Shown: positions 16,089 through 24,580 of the stretch, one piece after another | How positions within the stretch are numbered: position 1 is the stretch's first letter | Layout of the letters: the number at the start of each line of letters is the position of its first letter | DNA from: Xanthobacteraceae bacterium | Lineage (GTDB): Bacteria; Pseudomonadota; Alphaproteobacteria; Rhizobiales; Xanthobacteraceae | Reading direction: 5' to 3' | Length of the DNA: 48,495 nt | NCBI GenBank assembly: GCA_035601615.1 | Contig: DATNNX010000252.1 | Location: 1 to 48,495 of the forward strand | Position numbers and translations under genes: made by a program | Notes under the pieces: generated by a model | Databases searched by the model: none | What the model saw: only the letters and a program-made list of their open reading frames with translations | What the model was told of the DNA's origin: nothing

Positions 16089-17720
16089 ATGGGCGTGAGC
16101 AAAGGCTACGACTATGTGATCGTCGGCGGCGGCTCGGCCGGCTGCGTGCTGGCCAATCGCCTGAGCGAGGACGGCGCCGGGCGCGTGCTCTTGATCGAAG
16201 CTGGCGGCCGCGACCTCAATCCGCTCATCCATGTCCCGCTCGGTATGGGCAAGATGCACGAATACGACATGTTCAACTGGGGCTATTCCACCGAGCCCGA
16301 GCCGAACATGAACGGCCGCCGGATCGAAGCCATGCGCGGCAAAGTGCTGGGCGGATCGTCCTCGATCAATGTGATGGCCTATACGCGCGGCCATCGCGGC
16401 GACTATGACCGCTGGGCGCAGAAAGGCGCGCGCGGCTGGTCCTATGCCGACGTGCTGCCCTACTTCAAGCGCTGCGAGCGGTGGGAAGCCAGCGAGGATC
16501 GTTGGCGCGGCGGCGCGGGGCCGGTCGGCACGGAATTCGCCAGAACGGCCGACCCGCTCTACGACGCGTGGATCCAAGCGGCGCTCGCGGCCGGCTTCCC
16601 CGTGACCGACGACTATAACGGCAAGCAGCAGGAAGGTTTTGGCCGCGGCCAATACACCATCCGCGACGGATACCGCTCCTCGGCCGCAAGCGCCTATCTC
16701 AGGCCGGCGCGCAAGCGACCAAATCTCGAGGTTGCGACACGGGCGCATGCGACCCGCGTGCTGATGCGAGGGACCCGCGCGAGCGGTGTCGAATACCGCA
16801 AAGGTGGCCGCCTGGTGAGGGCCGAAGCCGAGCGGGAGGTGATCCTCTCGGCTGGCGCGTTCAACACGCCACCGCTGCTCATGCTGTCAGGAATCGGTCC
16901 GGCCGCGCATCTGCGCGAAATGGGCATCGAGCCGGTGATCGATTTGCCGGTCGGCAAGAACCTGCAGGATCACCTCGCGGTCATCGTCTTCTTCCGGCGC
17001 TTGGACGAAAGCACGTTCATCAAGCAGATGCGGTTCGACCGTATGGCGGTCAGCATGATCCGTGCCTACCTCTTCGGCACCGGCCCCGGTACGGTGGTGC
17101 CCGGCGGCTTGCACGCCTTCGTCAAGACGCGGCCGGAGTTTGCGGTGCCGGACATCGAGTTCATGTTCCGCGGCGCGCCGGCGGCGCCGCATTTGTGGTT
17201 TCCACTCATCCGCGCGGCCTATCTCGACGGCTACGGCATCCGCCCCACGCTCTTGCATCCCGACAGCCGCGGCGAAATCCTGCTGCGCTCGGCCGATCCG
17301 CGCGAGCCGCCGCGCATCGTCTACAAGTTCTTCTCCGCGCCGGACGACCTCCCCCGCCTGCGCGAAGGGTTCAAGCGCGCCCGCGATGTCGCCTATCAGA
17401 AGCCGATGATGCCCTATCGCGGCGCCGAGACCGCGCCCGGCGACAAGGTCAAGAGCGATGCTGAGATCGACGCCTGGATCAGGAATACTGCGATCACCGC
17501 GCATCATCCCTGCGGCACCTGTGCCATGGGAATGGGACCCAACACGGTCACCGACCCGCAGCTGCGGGTGCGTGGGATCGAGCACCTGCGCGTCGTCGAC
17601 GCCTCCGTCATGCCCGATCTCATCTCGGCGCACATCAATGCTTGCGTGCTGATGATTGCCGAGAAGGCGGCCGACCTGATCCGCAATAAGCCAGCGCTGC
17701 CGGCCGACTATGACGCATAG
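16089..17720 (+). CDS. GMC-family FAD oxidoreductase (choline/alcohol dehydrogenase-like)
   Basis: FAD fingerprint YDYVIVGGGSAGCVLANRLSED, GMC signature region and a C-terminal catalytic His region (HHPCGTCAMG). Confidence 0.9.
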   Translation: MGVSKGYDYVIVGGGSAGCVLANRLSEDGAGRVLLIEAGGRDLNPLIHVPLGMGKMHEYDMFNWGYSTEPEPNMNGRRIEAMRGKVLGGSSSINVMAYTRGHRGDYDRWAQKGARGWSYADVLPYFKRCERWEASEDRWRGGAGPVGTEFARTADPLYDAWIQAALAAGFPVTDDYNGKQQEGFGRGQYTIRDGYRSSAASAYLRPARKRPNLEVATRAHATRVLMRGTRASGVEYRKGGRLVRAEAEREVILSAGAFNTPPLLMLSGIGPAAHLREMGIEPVIDLPVGKNLQDHLAVIVFFRRLDESTFIKQMRFDRMAVSMIRAYLFGTGPGTVVPGGLHAFVKTRPEFAVPDIEFMFRGAPAAPHLWFPLIRAAYLDGYGIRPTLLHPDSRGEILLRSADPREPPRIVYKFFSAPDDLPRLREGFKRARDVAYQKPMMPYRGAETAPGDKVKSDAEIDAWIRNTAITAHHPCGTCAMGMGPNTVTDPQLRVRGIEHLRVVDASVMPDLISAHINACVLMIAEKAADLIRNKPALPADYDA

Positions 17721-17972
17721 AGAACGAGGCTCCGTGCATTCTCGCTCGAAGCACGCTAGCGCCTTCTCGGGGCTCTGCGGGATCGTTATCGTTAAGTCGG
17801 ATGCAACCCATGCTTGCGCTCCGGAACGACGTTTCTTGCAGGCTGTTAACGCCGTCTATACGGCGCCCAAGGCTTTGCCCCGTGCCGCCGCGAGGATAGT
17901 ATTCACGCAAGCGTTCGCGTCAGCCGACATAGACCGCACGCCACCGCGGCCGACGATTGAGGGAGAAACGTT

Positions 17973-19937
17973 ATGGCGAAAAAACATCTGCCGGTGAGCC
18001 GGCGCAAGTTCCTGGCGGGAGTGGCAGTGGCAGGTGCGGCGTCCGCGGTGCCGCCGGCGCAAGCTGCGACCACGGCCTCTGCGAGCGCTGCGCCCAGACG
18101 GCCCTCCGCGCTGCCGCCCACGGCGCATGTGGCGGCGGCGGAAAGCGGAACCCCGAACGAATTGTCGACATCGCGCATCGGCGGCACTCCCGGCTCCGAT
18201 TTCATGGTCGACGTTATCAAGACGCTCGATATCAAATATGCGCCGTCGAACTGCGCTTCCAGTTACCGGGGCATTCATGAATCCTTGATCAATTACGGCG
18301 GCAACAAGATGCCGGAGTTCCTCACTTGCACGCATGAGGAATCCGGGGTCGGCATGGCGCATGGCTACTTCAAGGCCGCCGGCAAGCCGCTGATGACGTT
18401 CTGCCACGGGACGGTCGGGCTGCAGCACGCGACGATGGCCGTCTACAACGCGTGGTGCGACCGCGTGCCCGTGATCATCGTCGGCGGCAACGATCTCGAC
18501 GCCGCACATCGGCCGCCGGGCGTGCCGACCATCCATTCCGCGCAGGACATCAACGCGTTGGTGCGCGACTTCACCAAGTGGGACGACACGCCTGTTTCGC
18601 TCCAGCATTTCGCGCAATCCTTCGTGCGCGCATACAAGATCGCGATGACGCCGCCCTACGGTCCGGTCGCCATCTCGCTCGATGCTGGCTTGCAGCAAGA
18701 GGCCATGCGCGACCATGGCGAGAAACTCTATATCCCGCGTTACGTTCCGAGCTCGCCGCCGCAGGGCGATTCGGGCGCCGTGAAAGAGGCGGCGCGGCTG
18801 CTTGCCAACGCGCAGAACCCGGTGATCGTCGTGGATCGCGCTGCCCGAGGTGAGAATGGCATTCGACTCCTGGTCGAATTGGCCGAGTTGCTGCAGGCGC
18901 AGGTAGTCGATCAGGGCAGTCGAATGAACTTCCCCAAGACCCACTATCTCGGCCGCCCGCCTACCGCCGTGAACAATGGCGATGTCATCATCGGCCTGGA
19001 GGTGACCGACTTCTGGGGCACGGTGAATGCCTGGATCGACAATGGTGAACGCGGCATCGGCATCAATACGAGCAGGATCAAGCCCGAAACCAAGCTGATC
19101 AGCATCAGCTCCTCCGAACTTCTGACCAAGGCGAATTACCAGGATTTCCAGCGGTTCCAGTCCGTCGACGTATCGATGCCTGCGGACGCCGAAGCGACCT
19201 TGCCTGCGCTGGTCGAGGCGGTGAAGGCGGCAACCCCCACTGATCGCAAAGCTGCGATCGACAAACGCGGCGAGGCGGCGAAGAAAGCTTATGCCGAGCA
19301 GCGCGTGCGCACAAAGCAGGCCGCGGCCCTCGCCTGGGATGCAAGCCCGGTCAGCACCGCTCGTCTCACCATGGAGACGTGGGCGCACATCAAAGATCTC
19401 GATTGGTCCCTGGTCGCCTCTTCAGGCGACATGAGCAATTGGCCGCAGAGGCTCTGGCCGATGGAAAGATACTACCATTGGCTTGGGAGATCGGGCGGCT
19501 CTGGCGAGGGATACGGCGCGCCCGCGTCCATCGGCGCGGCGCTCGCCAATCGCGATCTCGGCCGTTTTTCCGTGAGCATTCAGGCCGACGGCGACCTCAT
19601 GTATGCGCCGGGCGTGCTGTGGACCGCGGCGCGGCACAAAATCCCGCTGCTCGCGGTGATGCACAACAACCGCGGCTATCACCGAGAAGTCATGCACCTC
19701 CAGCGCCTCTCGAATTTCCGCAATCGTGTGGCAAGCCTCGGCGGCGACTTGGGTCCGATCGGCACCCGCATCGAAAATCCCGACATCGAATATCACAAGC
19801 TCGCGGAGTCCATGGGCTGGTGGGCGAAAGGTCCGATCAACGATCCGGCGCAGCTCGGGCCGGCGCTTAAGGAAGCGGTCGCGGTGGTGAAATCGGGACA
19901 GCCCGCGCTCCTCAATGTGTGGACGCAGCCGCGTTAG
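17973..19937 (+). CDS. Tat-exported thiamine-diphosphate-dependent enzyme
   Basis: Twin-arginine signal MAKKHLPVSRRKFLAGVAVAGAASAVPPAQA. Catalytic-Glu region THEESGVGMAHGY and TPP motif ADGDLMYAPGVLWTAARHKIPLLAVMHNNRGY. RBS GAGGGAG lies upstream. Confidence 0.85.
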   Translation: MAKKHLPVSRRKFLAGVAVAGAASAVPPAQAATTASASAAPRRPSALPPTAHVAAAESGTPNELSTSRIGGTPGSDFMVDVIKTLDIKYAPSNCASSYRGIHESLINYGGNKMPEFLTCTHEESGVGMAHGYFKAAGKPLMTFCHGTVGLQHATMAVYNAWCDRVPVIIVGGNDLDAAHRPPGVPTIHSAQDINALVRDFTKWDDTPVSLQHFAQSFVRAYKIAMTPPYGPVAISLDAGLQQEAMRDHGEKLYIPRYVPSSPPQGDSGAVKEAARLLANAQNPVIVVDRAARGENGIRLLVELAELLQAQVVDQGSRMNFPKTHYLGRPPTAVNNGDVIIGLEVTDFWGTVNAWIDNGERGIGINTSRIKPETKLISISSSELLTKANYQDFQRFQSVDVSMPADAEATLPALVEAVKAATPTDRKAAIDKRGEAAKKAYAEQRVRTKQAAALAWDASPVSTARLTMETWAHIKDLDWSLVASSGDMSNWPQRLWPMERYYHWLGRSGGSGEGYGAPASIGAALANRDLGRFSVSIQADGDLMYAPGVLWTAARHKIPLLAVMHNNRGYHREVMHLQRLSNFRNRVASLGGDLGPIGTRIENPDIEYHKLAESMGWWAKGPINDPAQLGPALKEAVAVVKSGQPALLNVWTQPR

Positions 19938-19948
19938 GAGACCCCCCG

Positions 19949-20296
19949 ATGCGCATGCTTCACGTATTCGGGCCGGTGGCGTTTGCCGCCGGCCTACTCT
20001 TGACCTGCGGTGGCGCGTACGCGGCCTCGGCCGAGAAGGGCAAGGCGGCCTACCTGCAGCACGGCTGCTGGCAATGTCACGGCACGCAAGGTCAAGGCGC
20101 CGTCACCGGCCCCAAGCTCGCGCCGGACCCCATGCCGATCGAGACATTCACGGCTTTCGTGCGCACCAGCAATCGCGCCATGCCGCCGTACTCCGAGGCC
20201 ATCTTGTCGAACGACGACCTCGCGGACATTCACGCTTATCTGGAGACGATTCCGAAGCCGGCGGATTACAAGAGCATTCCGTTGCTCAACCAGTAG
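19949..20296 (+). CDS. Monoheme c-type cytochrome (class I), exported
   Basis: Signal peptide, haem motif CWQCH and a distal Met region (NRAMPPY). AGGAG RBS. It starts 11 nt after the TPP enzyme stop. Confidence 0.85.
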   Translation: MRMLHVFGPVAFAAGLLLTCGGAYAASAEKGKAAYLQHGCWQCHGTQGQGAVTGPKLAPDPMPIETFTAFVRTSNRAMPPYSEAILSNDDLADIHAYLETIPKPADYKSIPLLNQ

Positions 20297-20318
20297 CATC
20301 GAATCCAGCTCATGTAAT

Positions 20319-20390
20319 GGTCGTCCCCGCGCAACGGGGACCCATATCCCAGACTCGGTGGTTATGGGTCCTCGCATTCGCGAGGACGAC
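20319..20390. repeat. Composite palindromic repeat / bidirectional terminator-like hairpins (family C)
   Basis: Hairpin 1 is GTCCCCG-cgcaa-CGGGGAC (20323-20341). Hairpin 2 is GTCCTCGC-attc-GCGAGGAC (20368-20387). The two arms are imperfect reverse complements of each other. The element lies between convergent genes. Confidence 0.6.
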
Positions 20391-20393
20391 AGC

Positions 20394-21320
20394 TTACAAA
20401 TCCAGCACCAGCCGCTCGCTCTTGCAGCCGGCGCAGCAGATCATGACCTTGGTGTTGGAGGCCTGCTCCTCCTCGGTGAGGATGGCGTCGTGGTGCTCGG
20501 GGACCCCGGAGATCACCCGCTGCTCGCACGCGCCGCAGATGCCGAGTTCGCAGGAATAGTCGACGTCGACGCCGGCATCCAGCAGCACCTGCAGGATGCT
20601 CTTGCCCTCGGGGATGACGAATTCCTGTCCCGAGCGCGCGAGTTCGACCACGAACCCGCCCTTCTTGTCGGCCCCTTGCTTGGGCGTGAAATATTCGACG
20701 TGGATCTGCGCGCGCGGCCAATCCGCGGTCGCCGCCTCGAATGCCTTGAGCATCGGGGTGGGTCCGCAGCAATAGAGGTGTGCCTCACGTGGCGCCTCGG
20801 TGACGATCGAGTTGACGTCGAGGACTTTGCCGCAGTGCTCGTCGTCGAAATGGAAGTGCGTATGGCCGATCGCTTCGAGCGCTTGCAAGAAGGCCATGTC
20901 GGCGCGCGAGCGACAGGCATAGTAGAGCTGCCAGGAGCGTCCGAGCTTGTGCAAGCGCTGCACCATGCACCAGATCGGGGTGATGCCGATGCCGCCGGCC
21001 AGGAGCACGACATGGCCGGCGTCCTCCCCCAGCGGGAAATTGTTGCGCGGCGCGCTGATCTTGAGCGTCCTGCCGACGCGCAGCTCGTCGTGCACACAGC
21101 GCGAGCCGCCGCGGCTTGCCGGATCGCGCTTGACGGTGACGGTGTAGCTTAAAGGATCGGGCTCCGGCTCGATCAACGAGTACTGACGGATGAGCCCATT
21201 CGGCAAGTGCAGGTCGATATGGGCGCCGGGGTCATAGGGCGGCAACGGCTTTCCGTCCACTGGCGCAAACTCATAGGCGTTTGTGTCGCGCGCCGCGTAG
21301 CGGATCGCGCTCACACGCAT
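20394..21320 (-). CDS. PDR/VanB-family oxidoreductase (FMN/NAD-binding domains plus C-terminal plant-type [2Fe-2S])
   Basis: RQYSL flavin motif, GGIGITP NAD motif and a C-terminal CELGICGACE cluster. I take the start at ATG 21320 (MRVSAIRY, 308 aa). The longer GTG 21449 start is possible. Confidence 0.85.
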   Translation of the reverse strand: MRVSAIRYAARDTNAYEFAPVDGKPLPPYDPGAHIDLHLPNGLIRQYSLIEPEPDPLSYTVTVKRDPASRGGSRCVHDELRVGRTLKISAPRNNFPLGEDAGHVVLLAGGIGITPIWCMVQRLHKLGRSWQLYYACRSRADMAFLQALEAIGHTHFHFDDEHCGKVLDVNSIVTEAPREAHLYCCGPTPMLKAFEAATADWPRAQIHVEYFTPKQGADKKGGFVVELARSGQEFVIPEGKSILQVLLDAGVDVDYSCELGICGACEQRVISGVPEHHDAILTEEEQASNTKVMICCAGCKSERLVLDL

Positions 21321-21604
21321 CTCGATGAGGCCACCCGCCGTGTGTGCCGGCCTCGCCTCGCCCGCTGCGGCCGTCGTTCTATTCACCGATGTGTCTCCCG
21401 CGGCAGCGCCAGCCTCATCGGGCACCGAAGCTCGTTTGTCAATTATCACACCTCAGATATGCTTGCTTCGCGCGCAATCCAACGCGCAGAGAATCGAGTG
21501 GATGCGCGGCGCCGCCCCCGCGCGCTCGAGCACGGCTTCCTCGCGGCGAGGCAAGAGCTGAGCGAAAATGTGACGGGACCCGCCCAGCCCCAAGAGAGAA
21601 GAAA

Positions 21605-22651
21605 TTGAAAGGCTCTCCCAAAGCCATATCCCTCCGAGTTCTGGCGCTTTCTCTGTCGCTCGTTCCGGTTCTTAGAGCCGGACCGGCTGGCGCGCAGGCG
21701 CCGCCCTCTTGGCTCGACCCGGCCTTGCTCACGGCGGCGAAAGCGGAAGGCTCGCTGATCGTCTATTCCTCGACCAACGAGCAAGAGGGTCTGCCGTTGT
21801 TCAAACTGTTCACCGAGGCGACCGGCATCGCGGTCGAATATGTGCGCGCATCGGACGCGGTGCTGATGTCGCGCATGGGAATCGAGTTTCGTGCCGGGCA
21901 GCGGTCCTACGATATCGTGCAGACCGCGACCATCAACAAGATGCCGCCGCAGATGCTGGCGCAATACGAGCCGCCCGAGGCGACCAACATCTCTTCGCAG
22001 GCGCGAGATCCGGGCAAACGCTGGTGGGGCGTTTATGCCAATTACAATTCGCCGGCTTACAACACCGAACGCGTGAAAGCCTCCGAGCTGCCACGCGGCT
22101 ACGAGGAGTTTGCGCAGCGCAAGGAGTGGGCTGGCAAGGTCGCAATCGACGGCACCGACAACGAATGGCTCAAGGCGATGATCGAGCATTTCGGTGAGGG
22201 CGAGGGCGCCGAGCTCGTCAAACGCATCGTGGCAACGCTGCGGCCCGTCGTCACCGACGGCCACCTCGCCATGGCGCGAGCGACCGGCGCTGGCGAATAT
22301 TGGGTGTCGCTGAACAATTACGTGAACCTGTCGATGAACGTCAAACTTGGTGGCGCCCCGATCGACGTCTGGCCTCTCGACCCGGTCACGCTGTTCTTCG
22401 GACAGGTCGGGGTGAATGCGAGGGCGCCGCATCCGAGCGCGGCCCGCCTTGCCGCCAATTTCATGCTCAGCCGCGAATGCCAAGCGTTTCTCGCCAAGTT
22501 TGGACGATTGCCGACGCGTCAGGACGTGCAGTCGAACCCGCCGGGTGTCATCGCGGCGCTGACCCAGAAGAAAGTCATCACCGTGCTGATGAGCCCCGAC
22601 GAGGAGCGCAAATGGCAGCGGCGTTTCGATCAGCTGTTCAAGGGGCGGTGA
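21605..22651 (+). CDS. ABC transporter periplasmic substrate-binding protein (family 1, Fe(III)/polyamine-like)
   Basis: Signal peptide KGSPKAISLRVLALSLSLVPVLRAGPAGAQA, then LIVYSSTNEQE. There is no in-frame ATG before the signal peptide, so I infer a TTG start at 21605 after a purine-rich stretch. Confidence 0.75.
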   Translation: MKGSPKAISLRVLALSLSLVPVLRAGPAGAQAPPSWLDPALLTAAKAEGSLIVYSSTNEQEGLPLFKLFTEATGIAVEYVRASDAVLMSRMGIEFRAGQRSYDIVQTATINKMPPQMLAQYEPPEATNISSQARDPGKRWWGVYANYNSPAYNTERVKASELPRGYEEFAQRKEWAGKVAIDGTDNEWLKAMIEHFGEGEGAELVKRIVATLRPVVTDGHLAMARATGAGEYWVSLNNYVNLSMNVKLGGAPIDVWPLDPVTLFFGQVGVNARAPHPSAARLAANFMLSRECQAFLAKFGRLPTRQDVQSNPPGVIAALTQKKVITVLMSPDEERKWQRRFDQLFKGR

Positions 22652-22703
22652 GTTTTTCTTCTCCTTACCTCGTCTTGCCTCTCCCCGCCTGCCGGGAGCG
22701 CAT

Positions 22704-22727
22704 CCTCTCCCCGCAAGCGGGGAGAGG
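22704..22727. repeat. GC-rich perfect hairpin (CCTCTCCCCGC-aa-GCGGGGAGAGG) within a short repeat-like spacer
   Basis: An 11-bp perfect inverted repeat. A second CTCTCCCCGC half-site lies about 25 nt upstream. The hairpin sits between the SBP and permease genes. Confidence 0.55.
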
Positions 22728-22745
22728 GAGATCGGAGCGTGCTGT

Positions 22746-24512
22746 TTGAGTATTGCCAACGGCCGTCTAGACGATCTACCCGGCGTAGCGGCTGTCGGCC
22801 GCTTGGCTGCTGTCGCGAGCCTGCCAAACCTCATGCTCGTCGGGTGCGTTGTCGTCGTGGTTTGGCTCGTTTTCGTTCCGCTCTCGGCGCTCCTCTACAA
22901 CGCCTTCACTGAGGATACCGGATTCGGGCCGGGCGGCTTGTCGCTCGATAATTTTGTCGAGGCTTATTCGAGTTGGCACATTCCGGGACTGCTCTGGAAT
23001 TCCGTGGTCTTTGCGCTCGGCACGGCCCTGGCGACATTCGTGATGGGCGCGCTCGTCGCCTGGGTTGTCGAGCGCACCGACGCGCCGGGCGGAAGCCTGT
23101 TTCACGTCATGTCGCTGCTGTCTTTCGCGGTGCCCGGATTATTGATGGCGATGGCCTGGATCTTCGTCCTCAGCCCGAACATCGGCTGGGGCAACGCGGC
23201 CCTCAAAACGGCCTTCGGGCTGAGCGAAGCGCCGCTCAATATCTATTCGATGACCGGCATGATTTGGGCGCTGGCAAGCCACTATTTTCCGCTCGCTTAT
23301 CTCATGCTGGGGCCGGCCTTGCGCGCGCTCGACCTGCGCATGGAGGAGGCCGCGCTCATGGCCGGCGCAAGTTACCTGCAAGTCTTCATCAAGGTCACGC
23401 TGCCGTTGCTGCGGCCCGCGATTCTTTCCGCGCTGCTGCTGCTGTTCGTGATGGGCATGGCCTCCTACGAGGTCCCGCGCCTCATCGGCCGGCCGGCGCG
23501 CATCGACGTGTTTACCACAGACATCCAGGGCGCCATCATCGCCGCGCCGCCGGCTTTCGGAGTGGCAAGCGCGCTTGGCCTCGCGCTGCTCGCGATCTGC
23601 GTGCTTGCCGTATTCTTCTATCGTCGCGTCACCCAGCACGCGGAAGCTTTCGCCACTATAACCGGTAAAGGGTACCGGCCGGCGCGTATCAAGCTCGGGC
23701 GCGCCCGCTGGCCCATCGCGCTGGGGGTCGGCGCGATGTTCGTCTTCGCGCTCGGCCTGCCGCTCGTCACGCTCCTTTGGCAGTCCTTCTTCCGCAATCT
23801 GGCGCAGCCGTTCGTCTTCACAGCCGCGCGGGCGACGCTCGAGAACTACGAGTTCATCCTGAGCTATCCGATATTTCTCGCGGCGGTGAAAACGAGCGTG
23901 CTGCTCGCGGCAATGGCCGCGACTATCGTTGCCGGCCTCACCTTCGTCATGGCCTGGATCGCGCAGCGGTCGCTGCCGCGCTACGCCCTCATCCTCGACG
24001 TGCTCGCCTTTGCGCCGATCGCCATACCGGGGGTCATTGTCGGCGCCGGAATCCTCATCGCCTATCTCATGCTGCCGATTCCCATCTACAACACGATCTG
24101 GATCCTGCTGGTTGCCTATGTGACGTTGTATCTTCCCTACGGGATGCGGTTTGCGTCGAGCGGGATCGCGCAAATTCATCGCGAGCTCGAGGAGATGGCG
24201 GCGGTCTCGGGTGCCGGGCTCGCCCAGACTTTCACGCGCATCTTGCTCCCGCTTCTCGCGCCGGTGCTGCTGGCAGGCTGGATCTACGTCTTCGTGCTGG
24301 CGGTGCGCGAGCTCGGCGCGTCGATCTTCTTGGTCGGCCCCGGCACGCACGTGCTGGGCACCATCAGTTTGACGATGTGGGAGGAGGGCGGCAGCTATGG
24401 CGCGGTCGCGGCGCTAGGTGTGATTCAGATCGTTCCCCTCGTCGTGATCGTCGCAGGACTACGATCGATCGAGCTGCGCATCCAGCGGCGCGCGCAAGTA
24501 CAGTCATCGTAG
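22746..24512 (+). CDS. Fused two-domain ABC transporter permease (FbpB/iron(III)-type)
   Basis: About 12 TM segments and two binding-protein-dependent permease modules (EAALMAGASYLQVFIKVTLPLLRPA and EMAAVSGAGLAQTFTRILLPLLAPV). The start is uncertain (TTG 22746, TTG 22803 or ATG 22833). Confidence 0.85.
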   Translation: MSIANGRLDDLPGVAAVGRLAAVASLPNLMLVGCVVVVVWLVFVPLSALLYNAFTEDTGFGPGGLSLDNFVEAYSSWHIPGLLWNSVVFALGTALATFVMGALVAWVVERTDAPGGSLFHVMSLLSFAVPGLLMAMAWIFVLSPNIGWGNAALKTAFGLSEAPLNIYSMTGMIWALASHYFPLAYLMLGPALRALDLRMEEAALMAGASYLQVFIKVTLPLLRPAILSALLLLFVMGMASYEVPRLIGRPARIDVFTTDIQGAIIAAPPAFGVASALGLALLAICVLAVFFYRRVTQHAEAFATITGKGYRPARIKLGRARWPIALGVGAMFVFALGLPLVTLLWQSFFRNLAQPFVFTAARATLENYEFILSYPIFLAAVKTSVLLAAMAATIVAGLTFVMAWIAQRSLPRYALILDVLAFAPIAIPGVIVGAGILIAYLMLPIPIYNTIWILLVAYVTLYLPYGMRFASSGIAQIHRELEEMAAVSGAGLAQTFTRILLPLLAPVLLAGWIYVFVLAVRELGASIFLVGPGTHVLGTISLTMWEEGGSYGAVAALGVIQIVPLVVIVAGLRSIELRIQRRAQVQSS

Positions 24513-24580
24513 CGCCAAGCGCGGGTCCGCCCTATTCGGTCGCCGACCGAGTTCGCGCGCGCCGGCCGCTACTCCGATGG

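Noticed and set aside
17721-17972. TPP riboswitch upstream of the TPP enzyme, and Moco riboswitch upstream of the molybdoenzyme genes (4111-4316, 38074-38372)
   Set aside because: I could not find the conserved cores of either riboswitch class as I remember them. ThDP-using enzymes, as opposed to biosynthesis or transport genes, are not expected to carry one.
1213-22735. Possibility that the recurring palindromic elements form a CRISPR array or MITEs with terminal repeats
   Set aside because: The copies are kilobases apart and are not regularly spaced with unique spacers. No cas genes are present, and I could not identify flanking target-site duplications. REP/BIME-like intergenic repeats are the better description.
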